The notes under the pieces: generated by a model
The model's input: the letters and a program-made list of their open reading frames with translations, nothing else
Databases searched by the model: none
What the model was told of the DNA's origin: nothing
Made by a program: the position numbers and the translations under genes
Source of the DNA: Basidiobolus meristosporus CBS 931.73
Taxonomy: Eukaryota; Fungi; Basidiobolomycota
Assembly: GCA_002104905.1 (NCBI GenBank)
Contig: MCFE01000301.1
Location: 1 to 64,000 of the forward strand
Reading direction: 5' to 3'
Length of the DNA stretch: 64,000 nt
Part shown: one piece after another, positions 25,124 through 38,368 of the stretch
Layout: each line of letters starts with the position of its first letter
Numbering within the stretch: the stretch's first letter is position 1

Positions 25124-26043
25124 ATGGCAGTTCGTAAGTTGCTTTGCGAGACGCTCTACTGGTTGATTCCTATACTAAAGACTTTGGATTCGTTCCCTAG
25201 GTGCCCAATTTGAGAACAGTAACGAGATCGGCGTCTTCTCTCGCTTGACCAATTCCTATTGCTTGGTTGCTTTGGGTGGTTCCGAAAATTTCTACAGGTT
25301 GGTTGCATCTGCAGCATAATTCAAAGGAACTTTTTATTAACCGAGTTGTTCAATAGTGTGTTTGAGAGTGAACTCGGTGATGTTATTCCTGTAGTCCATA
25401 CTTCTATCGCTGGAACCCGTATTATCGGTCGTCTTACTGCTGGTAATTCCAAGGGTCTTCTCGTACCCAACACCACCACCGACCAAGTATGTATTTTCGA
25501 TATCAGAGAAGATCCATAACCTATACTAATGGGATGGCTTAGGAACTTCAACATTTGCGCAACAGTCTCCCCGACAAGGTTGCCATTCAACGCGTAGAGG
25601 AACGTCTCTCCGCTCTGGGTAACGTCATTGCTTGCAACGACTATGTTGCCCTCGTCCATCCCGATATTGACAGAGAAACCGAGGAAATCATTGCCGACGT
25701 CTTACAAGTCGAAGTTTTCCGTCAAACCGTTGCCGACCAAGTTTTGGTTGGCAGTTATTGTGCTTTCAGCAACCAAGGTGGATTAGTTCATCCCAGAACC
25801 AGCGTCCAAGACCAGGATGAATTGTCCTCCCTCCTTCAAGTCCCCCTCGTCGCCGGAACCGTCAACCGTGGTTCTGATGTGATTGGCGCTGGACTCGTTG
25901 TCAACGATTGGTGTGCTTTTGCTGGCTTAGATTCTACCTCTACTGAATTGTCTGTAGTTGAAAGCATCTTCAAACTCCAAGATTCTCAGCCAACTGCTAT
26001 TGTTAACGAAATGCGTGATGCTTTGATCGATACTTACAGTTAA
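25124..26043 (+). CDS. TIF6: eukaryotic translation initiation factor 6
   Basis: [70 protein letters not shown]. Confidence 0.98.
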
Positions 26044-26523
26044 ACTACATCGATGTATAGTTTCATTCAGCCCACACATAATATATATAGCCTTTAGGAA
26101 GTGACAAACAAACCCATAAATTTTAGTATAAAATGTACTTAGTTGTTCGTTTCTGTTAGACCTTGATTTACGTTTGAGCCTTCTAATAAATCTCACCAAC
26201 TCCAACTCTTCCAGAGCGATCAATGTGCTATATAGTAGACGTAGTGGGACAACAGCCTAGGGACCGTAGTTAGGATTACCCCATTTGCGAGCGAAGCCTG
26301 ATTCCGAAATAATGGGGTTCGGGGGTTGGGGAAATCCTCGTAGATCTTGGTGGTTTCGTAGCGGGGATTTCGCAGCGAATAAAGTAAATGTGATAATTTA
26401 TGAGCTCATTTCGATTATTGCCAGCGCTTGGGTGGAGTGTATAATTTTTTCTGATATTTCCCTCGCGGCGGTGGCCATTTCGAACACTTTGTACTTGAAC
26501 AGTTACCTTGGTAGTCTTAGAAT

Positions 26524-27321
26524 ATGGGTGCCCAGCAATCTAGACAGGAACCTCTTGTTTTCTACGGGGAATCAGATGTTGCCCTCAAAGTATACCCTTA
26601 TTCTGTTGGCCTCCTTGTGGATACTTTGGCTCACCTTCTCATTTTATAGTTTTCTCACGACTTCGTCAACCAACTCCAACGCAATAACCACGTTAGTTAT
26701 TTCAACCTCATGGATTCTCAAGACCAGGGCATTTCCTTACATTTTGGTTGCACATATTAGTCCAACAGCTCCAACGATCACAAGTCAGATTCTCTGAGCC
26801 CTGCTGAGATCGATCAAATTGTAGAGAAGCGTGTCTCCCAGGAATTGAAGAAGATCCGCTCTAGTTTGGCTGTTGAGCAGGAGAAAAAGCGTCCAAGCAC
26901 CAAAGTCATCGAGCAAGACTTGGAGAGATTGGCTGACAAAAACAAAATGTGAGTATGTTTCGGAAGTGTGTTGGTATCGATTTGCTATGCTCATATGTTA
27001 CTTTAGTAGGAGCGAAAAGCCCTTAGCTCCTGAAATCGAAGAGAGACAGCAGAACTTGATTTCTTGCTATAAGTAAGTGCTGTTTTTACTTCGGGAATTG
27101 CCATCAAAGTGCCGTAAATATTTTCCATCAGCGAGGCAACTTACGCCCTATCAACCATTAGGAACAATCAAGACAAGCCACTTGACTGCTGGAAGGAGGT
27201 AGAGATGTTCAAAGAAAGCGTAGAGAAAGCTCGCAAGGTATCTATCTTGTCAACTCAACTCAATTTAACCCAAAGGCTAAATATTCAAACTTTGCAGGAA
27301 TTTGTGGCCACTCACTTGTAG
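26524..27321 (+). CDS. MIC19: MICOS subunit Mic19 (DUF1690/CHCH type)
   Basis: Myristoylation-like MGAQQS start, FSHDFVNQLQ, a coiled coil, and C-terminal twin-Cys helices (LISCYK..KPLDCWKEVEMFK). Confidence 0.8.
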
Positions 27322-27641
27322 TTTCGTACACTCAAAATGATTCACCTTCGCATTTTTTCTTGACTTTCATTCAAGCCCATCCCTTCTTCACATCGTATTT
27401 GAACGTTCTTCTATCATTAAAGCAACCTAACCATGTCCATGTCCACCTCCACCTTCCACTCTTTACATCTATTTACTAGTCAGATATCAGAGACAAATGG
27501 TGACGGTGGTAAATAAATCAAGTTCAAGCACTCGTGAACCAAATTGTTGATCATCAACATAAATTTCATCATTAATCAAAGTATCTGCGATTAAGAAGGA
27601 ATAATTTAGTTTCATTGTATCCTTGGTGTATTTTAGAATAG

Positions 27642-28229
27642 ATGGGGGACGTGGAAGAACTGAAGCAAGGTATACGCTATATACAGGAGAGTGCAAACAA
27701 ACAGTACTTATTTTACCAGTGATAAAAAGGGCCTTGGAAGAGCGAGGAGCCTTATCCTCCGTTCGAGCCAAACTTCGGAGTGATATACTAACGCTGCTGG
27801 ACGATTCGTGTGAAGTTGTAAAATACTCTATTGTTACCTGAAAGCACCTCACCCTAATGATTCGGAGCGACTTTGGCTATAGGTCAAGAAAAAGGAGCAA
27901 GAGGAACTGACGCCTCTGATAGACCAAATCTTCATTGAATACTTGGCACGCCGAGATCTACCTCATACACTTTCAGTATTTTTGGCTGGTAATTTGGCAA
28001 CTACTACTACTCTTCTATATAGTTGCTAACATCGCTCTGACTTATAGAGAGTGGTAATCGCTCAGAAGTTAGTGTACGAGAACAATTATCAACCAGACTT
28101 GGCATAGCTTCCTCAAACAACCGGTAAGACCGATTCTTAGAGGAATATATACTACTGATTAATAAGCCTTGTCTTTACAGGCCCGCTATTTATTCCATAG
28201 TGGAAAAATGTCTTGAGAAACATCCATGA
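27642..28229 (+). CDS. CEP20: FOR20/CEP20 (FOPNL) family TOF+LisH centriolar protein; last exon needs a 1-nt correction (as sequenced, stop at 28216)
   Basis: MGDVEELKQVIKRALEERGALSSVRAKLRSDILTLLDD and LIDQIFIEYLARRDLPHTLSVFLAESG align with the FOR20 MATVAELKAVLKDTLEKKGVLGHLKARIRAEVFNALD and LINELIREYL..YTASVLIAESG motifs as I recall them. Confidence 0.8.
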
Positions 28230-28384
28230 GTGTTGGCAATAACCAACACGTTAAAGCGAGATAATAAATTACAATGCTCATTGTACACTTTATTGAATCG
28301 TTCATCACTCCTCAAAGGGTATTATTGAAAACATTAAACATTCATTAGTATATTGTGTAGTGGTTTGTATGTACATCCGTCAGG

Positions 28385-30037
28385 TCAATGTTTCTTTAGT
28401 GATTTTGGCTTGTGATGGACATGGCACTTGTGTGCATGTCGGAACCACAATGCCATATCCTTTTTCTTTGTATGACATACCGCTACCACTTCACGACATT
28501 GATGACAAAGCCCTCTAATCCCGTTTTCGAAGGTGCTCATTTGTAGAGGGGCTCGATAGTAGCGTCCGGATGTGGCAGATATTCCATGGTAGAATTGAAC
28601 ATGATACCTACGAAGGCTGTTAGTTGTGCTCGGTCAAGTGGCACTTACAAATTCAGTGACTTACCAATAGGCACTGTTCTTTAGTTGAAGCCACTTTCCT
28701 GGCTTGCAATGCTGGCAGAAGCCTTCTTTCGCCTGGCCATTGTACCTGACCCACTGTGGAGTGTATAGGTCGCCTTCAAAGCGAGCCTTTTGTTGGCGAG
28801 GACGAGCATCTGGATCACCCATATCCGATGGAGCTATGTCGAATAGTGGCATTGATAGAGTCTGATCCAATGCTGGTCCCCACGGAATGGGATATCTGTA
28901 TTCATCGATACTGATTCCAAGGTACGTGTCTGACTTGTTCTCTGGGGTATATCTTGTCATGTCGGAATGACTGTTATTGGCGTACATGAGGTCCATCGAT
29001 CTAAACCGCTTGTTGCGAGCATAATCCTCATACCCATTGCTGAGATAGTTGTTGTAGACTATGGTGTCACTTTGGGCTCGCTTTCTTCCGCAATGGATGG
29101 GCGGCGTATACGCTGTCATATCCAGGCTCCGGTGAATTGAGGTTGCATCGAGATTAGGGGCGCAGTAAGTTTGATAGTATGGCATAGTTAACGACACTTG
29201 GTTATAGTCTTCAGCTGGCTGTATATGAGATTCAAAGCAGTCTTCAGAGTTTGCCATTAGGTGACTATTATTCAAAGAGTAGCCGTTCACTTGGTTGGGG
29301 ATCACTTTCCGGCTGAAGAACACCGAGTCTTCATTGCCAGATTCCTCGGTGGCTCTCTCCGTGGCTTTACATTGGTAGGCCCCAGTGTGTGAGATATCAG
29401 GCACAAGAAGAGGGGTTGGAGTGGCAGTGAGTGGCTTGCCTGAACTTGTATCTCCCTCACAATTCGCCTTGGTAGTGTTTAATTTGCTGTCATCTGCACC
29501 TAAGAGGCTTTCATCGATTATTGGCAAGGTACCGATCGACCACAATCTCCAAGCATTTGTAATGGCATCTTCCATGGAGCTTCGTGAATCACGTCCGATG
29601 ACGGATGTGTGTGGGATTGAGCCATGAGAGTGTTGAGTTTGTAGCGCGCTACCGGGTTGGTATGGATGATCTATGTTCCCAGTAAGCTGAAGCCTAGATT
29701 TGTCGTCTGCCCCCTGGCCATTGTCCGATGCTGATATGCCAAGCCCTTCTTGTGTATAGTTCCCGTGGCTTCTACCGTTGGTGGACTGTTGCGGAGAACC
29801 TTGATTACATGGCATTCTTGACATCGAAAGGTCGTGAATTTTATAGGATAACGATTCTGAAATTGATGGAACACTACAAGTATCCGTATCCTGGCCACAC
29901 AAGTCGCTTATGGAGGAGGGAGCCTCTGGGCTGATGGCTTGATACTTATTGCCCAGAAGTAGGCTTTGGTCATAGTGATGAAGATTGCTGTTGGAGTCAT
30001 ACATTGCGAAATGCTCTGCGGATTTGTTGAAATCCAT
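28385..30037 (-). CDS. putative Zn-binding transcription regulator with Rua1/Mug26 (DUF4451)-type C-terminal domain
   Basis: Long low-complexity N-terminus, then RQQKARFEGDLYTPQWVRYNGQAKEGFCQHC..WLQLKNSAYW/YHVQFYHGISATSG..GLCHQC..WFRHAHKCH. Confidence 0.85.
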
Positions 30038-30398
30038 GCGATTGATCCTCGTCGAATGTCGTTGTTGAGGATGTGGAGAGATAGGTTTTTCGTAGTCGCC
30101 CCTATGCTATTTATAAGTGATATGCGAGGGTCGTGGTTTGAGAGAATCTCTAATATGCCATTACGGCTTGGTCTCCTTGATATTCTTCATTATGTTAGAA
30201 ATATAAATAACTCAGGAAGAGACATGTGTTTGAAATATGATTCGCTTCTCCAAACTTACCGGATTGAGGCTCTCTGTCTAGAATTTGAAAGCAATTGCCG
30301 GTGCTATTCACCATAATAATATGCCAATACGCATGTATAGTTCAGGATGATATTCACAATTGAGGGAATATACAGATTAGAAACACCATCATATTCCC

Positions 30399-31787
30399 AA
30401 TGGCTGTGGATGATGTCCGTAAACAAATCGTTTCGTGAAAAAATCTTTGAGGCGCGGCATTTCTATGCTCTGCGAATAGCATCCAGGATATATGAAGGGC
30501 AATTTTGTGTTAGGTGCTTGCAAACACTCTTGACTAAAACCAGCCCAATCAGTAGCTGTGTGTTACAGCAACCTTACTGTCCTGACATGTCATTCTTTGG
30601 AAGCTCCCAAGGCAGAGATGTTTGCGCAACGTGTAGTTACAAGTTACTCTTGCTATTGATGCAGACCAAAGGAGCACGAAGTTTCGTAAACACTTACAGT
30701 TAGCTACTGTCTACGTTGGAAGATATCTCGTTGTAATGGTCAAGTCGCCCAGAGCCCCTTGCATTGATCTGGCAGCAATCTGATACTCTGTTTAGTGTTA
30801 AGAATCTAACCAACTTAAAGCAGTGGCTGAAGTAACTCTATGAGGTCATGTATGGCGGTTCCTATAATAGAGATCATCTCATTCTAAACCAGCTTTGGTC
30901 AATATATATACAATAAACCGAGTGAACGATGCCATATGTATTTTACAATGAAACCGACAAATGGATATTCTTGGTGATGTTCGATTACTTCGGCCTTCCG
31001 GGCGTGACTGGCTCTATCTTTATCTGCTAATCACCAAGTCAACCATTAGAATTTTCAATCATCCCGACCCTACGGATTGGCTACCTGTTGTCTTGGAGAA
31101 GCTCCAGCAAGTAAAATCGCGTCGATCATATCATAATACTCGAGTGCGCTAACCACACATATTCGTCCTGGAACCTGAAATAAGGTAAAGCCAAGCCATA
31201 TCCGAGCTATATGACGAATATCACATGCTATCTTCTATCCAACATTAGATAACCATTCCCTAGATTTATTCCACCAGCTTATATGTACCAAATTCCATAT
31301 TGAGCTAGCACCAATGTTACTGACTACTCTTATCTGTATGGCTCTCTAATTTTAGCCCCGAGTTAACCAACACTTGATTTGTTTGGTATAACTCTTTGAT
31401 GAAGCTTGGTTATTTTGGTGATTGGATTGAGACTTGGGATTTGCAAGTAATTGTGTACAATCTACTTGGGATAGAGATAGTGAATCTAACCCACAATACA
31501 CATATAGAGAGAGCAGAAATAACCAATGCAACATGTAAAAATGCCAATAGATTACTCACAGCAACAGCAAAGAACTAATTGCCAACAGGAATCGGAGAGA
31601 AGCAGCAGTTTGGAAAACACGTGTTAATGCTCGAGGACTACGCAGAGCATTATTTAAGACTCGCGTGCATAGGATTGAAGCTCAGATGGTCAAATTGATT
31701 GGTGAATATCTTCTAGAATACTGTGACTCCTTTACCCGTGAAACCAACAATTTACGGGAATTGAAATGTGATTTCTGCTCACAATGA
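30399..31787 (+). CDS. possible fragmented multi-exon hypothetical gene
   Basis: Coding-like pieces MAVDDV/PSRIYEGQFCV/SNLTVLTCHSLE.. and ..DWIETWDLQ/ITHSNSKELIANRNRREAAVWKTRVNARGLRRALFKTRVHRIEAQMVKLIGEYLLEYCDSF..CDFCSQ*. The middle exons could not be linked. Confidence 0.35.
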
Positions 31788-32133
31788 ATCAAACGGCTAT
31801 GAAGACAAAGCTTCGACAGCCATTGGCCATTAATTGACTGTGAATTGGAAAGGTTGTCATCTAATGATCTTCATACAAGCTACCATTGGTCAATTTTCCA
31901 AATACTCTTCGATCAATGATAGGAGATTTTAAACGGCTTCGAATTGTTTGGAAATCAGAAATGCTGTGGCGAGTCATGATTGGGTAAGCCTTCATAAATT
32001 GGTAGAGTGGAGGACAAGCTAACAACAAGCATCGTGTGGGAGTATATATACTGTTTGTGATATCCGTTGCAACCACAGACACTGCTTGCCTCTCTTTATC
32101 ATTAGTATATTGTAATATTTTGTTTGCTGTACT

Positions 32134-33429
32134 ATGAAGGCTACTTTCCTCCTTGGTTCTCTCATTGCCCTTGCCACTGCTTCCGCCGAAGTTTTCTTCG
32201 AAGAAACCTTCGATGGCAACTGGGCTGACCGCTGGGTCCCCTCCAAGGTCAAGAACGACCTCGGTGTTTTTGATGTCTCTGCTGGCAAGTTCTTCGCTGA
32301 CTCCGAGGCCAGCAAGGGCCTCCAAACCACACAAGATGCCCGCTTCTACGCACTTTCTGCTCCATTGGCCAAGCCTTTCTCCAACAAAGATAAGGACTTG
32401 GTTATCCAATTTTCCGTTAAGCACGAGCAAAACATCGACTGCGGTGGTGGCTACCTCAAGGTCCTTCCCCCCGGTGTTGACCTGGAGAAGTTCGATGGTG
32501 AAACCAAGTATAATGTCATGTTCGGCCCTGATATTTGCGGTCCTGATAGAAAGGTTCATGTCATTTTGAACTACAACGGTGTCAACCACCTGATCAAGAA
32601 GCCAATCATCCCTCCTTCCGACCAAATGACCCATTTGTATACTCTTATCCTCAAGCCTAACTTGACTTACTCTGTCCTTATCGACAACAAAGAGGAAGCC
32701 ACTGGTGAGCTTTTGGAAGATTGGGATCTTTTGCCACCCAAGACCATCAAGGATCCCGAGGCCAAGAAGCCTGAGGACTGGGTTGATGATGCTACCATCC
32801 CTGATCCTGAGGACAAGAAACCCGAGGGCTATGATGATATTCCTGCTCTTATTCCTGATCCTGAGGCCAAGAAGCCCGAAGACTGGGATGATGAGGATGA
32901 TGGTGAATGGGAGTCGCCAATGATTGACAACCCTGAATACGAAGGACCTTGGGAACCCAAGACCATTCCCAACCCTAACTACAAGGGCCCTTGGATCCAC
33001 CCGGAAATTCCCAACCCTGAATACAAGGAAGACAAGGATTTGTATGTCTACGAAACCGGAAATGTTGCCTTCGATCTCTGGCAAGTCAAGTCTGGAACCA
33101 TCTTTGATAACATTTTGATCACTGATGACGTCGCCTATGCCAAGGAGTTTGCCGAGAAGACTTTCGAGAAATACCAGGAAGCCGAGAAGCAAGCCAAGGA
33201 GAAATACGACGAAGAGGAGAAGAAGAAGCAAGAGGAAGAGGAGGCTAAATTGGCTGCTGAGGCTGAGGCTGAGGCTGAAGCTGAAGAAGCTGACAAAGAT
33301 GAGCTAGAACTCGAGGACGATAAGCCCGTCGAAGCCTCGAAATCAGCCGACGATATCCAAGTGGAGACTGTTGTCCCTGTCTCTCAAGAGCCGGTCAAGG
33401 AGGAAGAGAACATCAAGGATGAGTTATAA
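32134..33429 (+). CDS. CALR: calreticulin
   Basis: Signal peptide, EVFFEETF, VKHEQNIDCGGGYLK, MFGPDICG, P-domain repeats (IKDPEAKKPEDW, IPDPEDKKPEGY, GEWESPMIDNPEYEG), DLWQVKSGTIFDNILITDD, acidic tail and a terminal KDEL. No transmembrane segment. Confidence 0.97.
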   Translation: MKATFLLGSLIALATASAEVFFEETFDGNWADRWVPSKVKNDLGVFDVSAGKFFADSEASKGLQTTQDARFYALSAPLAKPFSNKDKDLVIQFSVKHEQNIDCGGGYLKVLPPGVDLEKFDGETKYNVMFGPDICGPDRKVHVILNYNGVNHLIKKPIIPPSDQMTHLYTLILKPNLTYSVLIDNKEEATGELLEDWDLLPPKTIKDPEAKKPEDWVDDATIPDPEDKKPEGYDDIPALIPDPEAKKPEDWDDEDDGEWESPMIDNPEYEGPWEPKTIPNPNYKGPWIHPEIPNPEYKEDKDLYVYETGNVAFDLWQVKSGTIFDNILITDDVAYAKEFAEKTFEKYQEAEKQAKEKYDEEEKKKQEEEEAKLAAEAEAEAEAEEADKDELELEDDKPVEASKSADDIQVETVVPVSQEPVKEEENIKDEL

Positions 33430-34016
33430 ACTTATGTACTATTTCATATCATCCGGAATTTTTGCCTGCACTTACACGTTATAGATTTGCAATCTTTTCC
33501 AACACACTTGCTATATCATGATTGATTGCTCCTTGACTTCAGGACTTAAATGATGGACAATTTATGTAAACTAAAATCATATAAAAAGTTAATAAATATA
33601 TACTTGCACCAAGTATGAGAACTGGTATATCGCGCCCGCACAGGATCAGATAAATAACCATATTAAACTGAAGGTAAGGCCGCTAGTGTAACCTCATTGG
33701 CAATGTGGAATTTCTCTACTTGGTTGAAAAGGTTGGACTACGGCCATCATAGATAATATCATCTGGTCAAGTCCTCGCACTTCCATCCAATATTGGCCAG
33801 TCAGAATGATGGATTATGGTGTAATACTAGTTAGGTTATTGATGATTTTCAGGAAATTACTCGAAAACCACTCCAGCCAATTATGGCGAAATATGATTTG
33901 CGATAAAAAAATTCTGTGAATGGTATTCGGATTTAGAGGTATTGTGCATAGAAAAAAAAGTACAAGAGTGAAGCCCATCCTAGCACGATAGCTTATTCTT
34001 GGAACTTAATCACAGG

Positions 34017-36124
34017 ATGGTAGGTTATTGTGTCAAGACATGCTGTAAACACCGTGATTAATTGGTATATTTGCCATCAAAGACTGACACCACCGAGAAA
34101 ATTGTGAGACCTGTTGCTGATGAAAGTAACCGCAAAGTCAGAGAAGGCATTGCTTTGAATTTGAATAAAGATGTCAAGTACGTAGTATTCGTTTTGGTGC
34201 CCGCATTTTGCTCGTGATCTAACCATATCTTATTTTAGACTTCCCGTCAAGGGAGAAAGAAACATTTTGATCACTTCGGCTTTGCCTTATGTCAACAATG
34301 TTCCTCACTTGGGTAACATCATTGGTGCTGTTTTAAGTGCTGATGTTTTCGCTCGTTTCACTCGTTCTCGTGGATACAATGTTCTTTACGTATGTGGTAC
34401 CGACGAGTACGGTACCGCTACCGAGACTAAGGCTTTGGAGGAAGGTGTTTCTTGCCAAGAGCTCTGCGACAAATACAATGCTCTTCACGCTCAAGTCTAC
34501 GAATGGTTCGGTGTCGATTTCGACTACTTCGGTAGAACCACCACCAACCAACAAACTGAGTAAGTAGTCGGGCTACTCCATGCTGTTCCTAGAGCATTCC
34601 CTTACACACCGTGGTTTTTTTTGTAGAATTGGTCAAGACATCTTTTTGAAGCTTCACAAAAACGGATATCTTATTGAAGATACCATGACTCAGCTGTTCT
34701 GTGAAAAGTGCCAAAGATTCCTTGCTGATCGTTATGTTGAGGGAACTTGCCCCAAGTGCGGCTATGTTGATGCCAGAGGTGACCAGTGTGACCAATGCCA
34801 ACAATTGCTTAATGCAACCGAGCTTATCTCCCCTCGTTGTAAGCTTGACGGCAATGCTCCTATCACACGTGACTCCACTCACATGTTCTTGGACCTTCCC
34901 AAACTTCAACAGAAGTGCGAGGAGTTCGTGGAAGAATCCAGCCAAAAGGGCAGCTGGGCCAACAACGGTAAAATCATCACACAGTCCTGGTTGAAGGAGG
35001 GCTTGAAGGCTCGTTGCATTACTCGTGATCTCAAATGGGGTACTCCCGTTCCCTTGGAGCACATGAAGGATAAGGTATTCTATGTGTGGTTCGACGCACC
35101 CATTGGCTACCCATCCATCACTGCCAACTATACCTCTGAATGGGAAAAGTGGTGGAAGAACCCCGAGGATGTCAAGCTTTATCAGTTCATGGGCAAAGAC
35201 AACATTCCCTTCCACACTGTTATCTTCCCTTGCTCCTTGATTGGTACCGAGGATCCATGGACCATGTTGCACCATATCAGCACCACCGAGTATCTTAACT
35301 ATGAGAACGGCAAGTTCTCCAAGAGCAGAAACGTTGGCGTCTTCGGAAACAACGTCATGGATACCGGCATCCCAGTTGCCGTTTGGCGTTATTACCTTTT
35401 GTCCAACCGCCCTGAAACCAACGACAGTGTTTTCACCTGGAAGGATTTCATCACCAGAAACAACAGCGAGTTGTTGGCCAATGTTGGTAACTTCTGTAAC
35501 CGCGTAATCAAGTTCGTTGACTCTGCCAAGTACAATGGCACCTTGCCAGCATTCTCCCTAGAGGGAGAGAACGAGAAGCAACTTATTGAGGATGTCAACA
35601 AGCTGCTCGATGCCTACATTGACGCGTTGGAGAACGTCAAGTTGCGTAGTGGTCTTGAAATCGCCATGAAGATCTCACAACGTGGTAACCAGTATCTTCA
35701 AGAATCTAAGCTTGATAACACCCTCTACAACAACGAGCGTGCTCAGTGCGATACCGTCGTCACCGTCGCCATCAATTTGATTTACTTGCTCTCGGCCGTT
35801 TTCTACCCTTACATGCCAACCACCTCCGAGTCCATCTGCAGACAGCTCAATGCACCACTTCCTCGTATTCCTGAGACTTTCCAGATGAACATCCTCGAGG
35901 GACACGTCATTGGTAAGCCTGAATACCTCTTCAAGAGAATCGATGGAAAGATGGAGGAGGTCTATAAGCAGAAGTATGGTGGCGGTGCCAAGGAGGAGCC
36001 AGCCAAAAAGAAGAAGAGCAAGAAGAGCAAGAAGCCCGCTGAACCCAAGCCTCAAGCTGATGGCGAGAAGGCCGAGGAAGCCGCGCCACCAGCTGAGGAT
36101 GCTAAGACTGGTGAGTCAGCCTAA
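34017..36124 (+). CDS. MES1: cytoplasmic methionyl-tRNA synthetase
   Basis: [16 protein letters not shown] (HIGH), [10 protein letters not shown], Zn-knuckle [22 protein letters not shown], and KFSKS (KMSKS). Confidence 0.97.
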
Positions 36125-36565
36125 AGTCTTAATACACATTGGACACTATCCTCCGGATTAACAACCTCATTTCATTCTTTGTAAATCATACCACCAATCG
36201 ATATATGAAGAAGTATTATAAAATAAACAGCAAACGAAATCCAGGATCATGCGAGCTGATCAGACTTCATCTTCGAGAAAATCTATCGTTGCACCCAGCT
36301 CCTAATACGGCTCATTTCTGTTGCTGTGTGATGAGAATATTGCCTCAATTGGTATGAAGCCTTGACCAAGCTGCCTACACAGCTAATTCAAAGGTAACCC
36401 TAAACCGGTTTATGGTGGGATGAAATGTGTTGAAATTTAAAATTGTGTGACATCGACCCTTGGCTACGGGTGTATGGGTGGTTGATATATGCTAATATCC
36501 ATGGTGCTTGACTCTAGAACTCCTTATATGAGCTAAATTCCCTCTTTCTCGAGAGAGGATGATAG

Positions 36566-37687
<1,122 letters not shown>

Positions 37688-37720
37688 TGGCATTTTCACC
37701 TTTTCGAAACATCCAGTCTC

Positions 37721-37768
37721 CGATCTATATCCGCATTTATTGTACGATCCATATCCGCATTTATTGTA
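37721..37768. repeat. 24-bp tandem duplication downstream of the trypsin stop
   Basis: cgatctatatccgcatttattgta / cgatccatatccgcatttattgta (1 mismatch). Confidence 0.9.
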
Positions 37769-38368
37769 TTCTCCTTTAATACTTCTCCTCGCCACTTCAC
37801 ATCGAGAAGCTGGGTTACCTTGTTTATATAAAGTGCCATTTAATTCAGATGCCATCACATATCCCATAGTCCGGTAGAATATTCTTTGTATCCTTTTCAC
37901 CCAAAGCAGCTGAGTTTCCAGCCAATGGTGCCTAAATCCGATTGTTCTTTTCGATGGTTACTATTGTGGGAGTAATTAAAGTTCGCCATTTTTACATCTT
38001 TGGAGGCTTAGCACAGATCCATCTTTTAGCTGAATATTTTTGTTGCATGATTGTATAGATTGAGTTCCCTAATTCGTTCAGCCTACGTCAATCTGTACAG
38101 TGAGCGGGTTGATATAGGATTTTCTGTCAGAACATGAGTAGAAATAGTGCCATTTCCACTCCGTTTTATTTGAACATTTAAATTATCTAGTAGTATTGCA
38201 TTACCAAAAATTGCGATTCCCAGGATTACCCGGTCCCCCCTGGTCACTGTGATGCGGCGATTCCTTTTATCTTTGCCTTTACCGCTCCACTATTTACTCT
38301 CCAGCTCTGCCCCTCACTTCCTAACATTCTTACACTTTCTAAACCCTCTTTAATATCTCCTGCTATTG

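Noticed and set aside
24270-30610. Shared peptide LTCHSLE in two hypothetical genes
   Set aside because: There is no similarity outside the 7 residues, and such matches are expected by chance across six frames of 64 kb.
31861-33231. 456-aa antisense ORF over calreticulin
   Set aside because: It is a shadow frame of a strongly codon-biased gene, with no recognisable motifs.
34589-36055. Long antisense ORFs over MetRS (and likewise over RPD3, VMA2, SYF1 and RdRP)
   Set aside because: These are opposite-strand shadows of well-supported genes.
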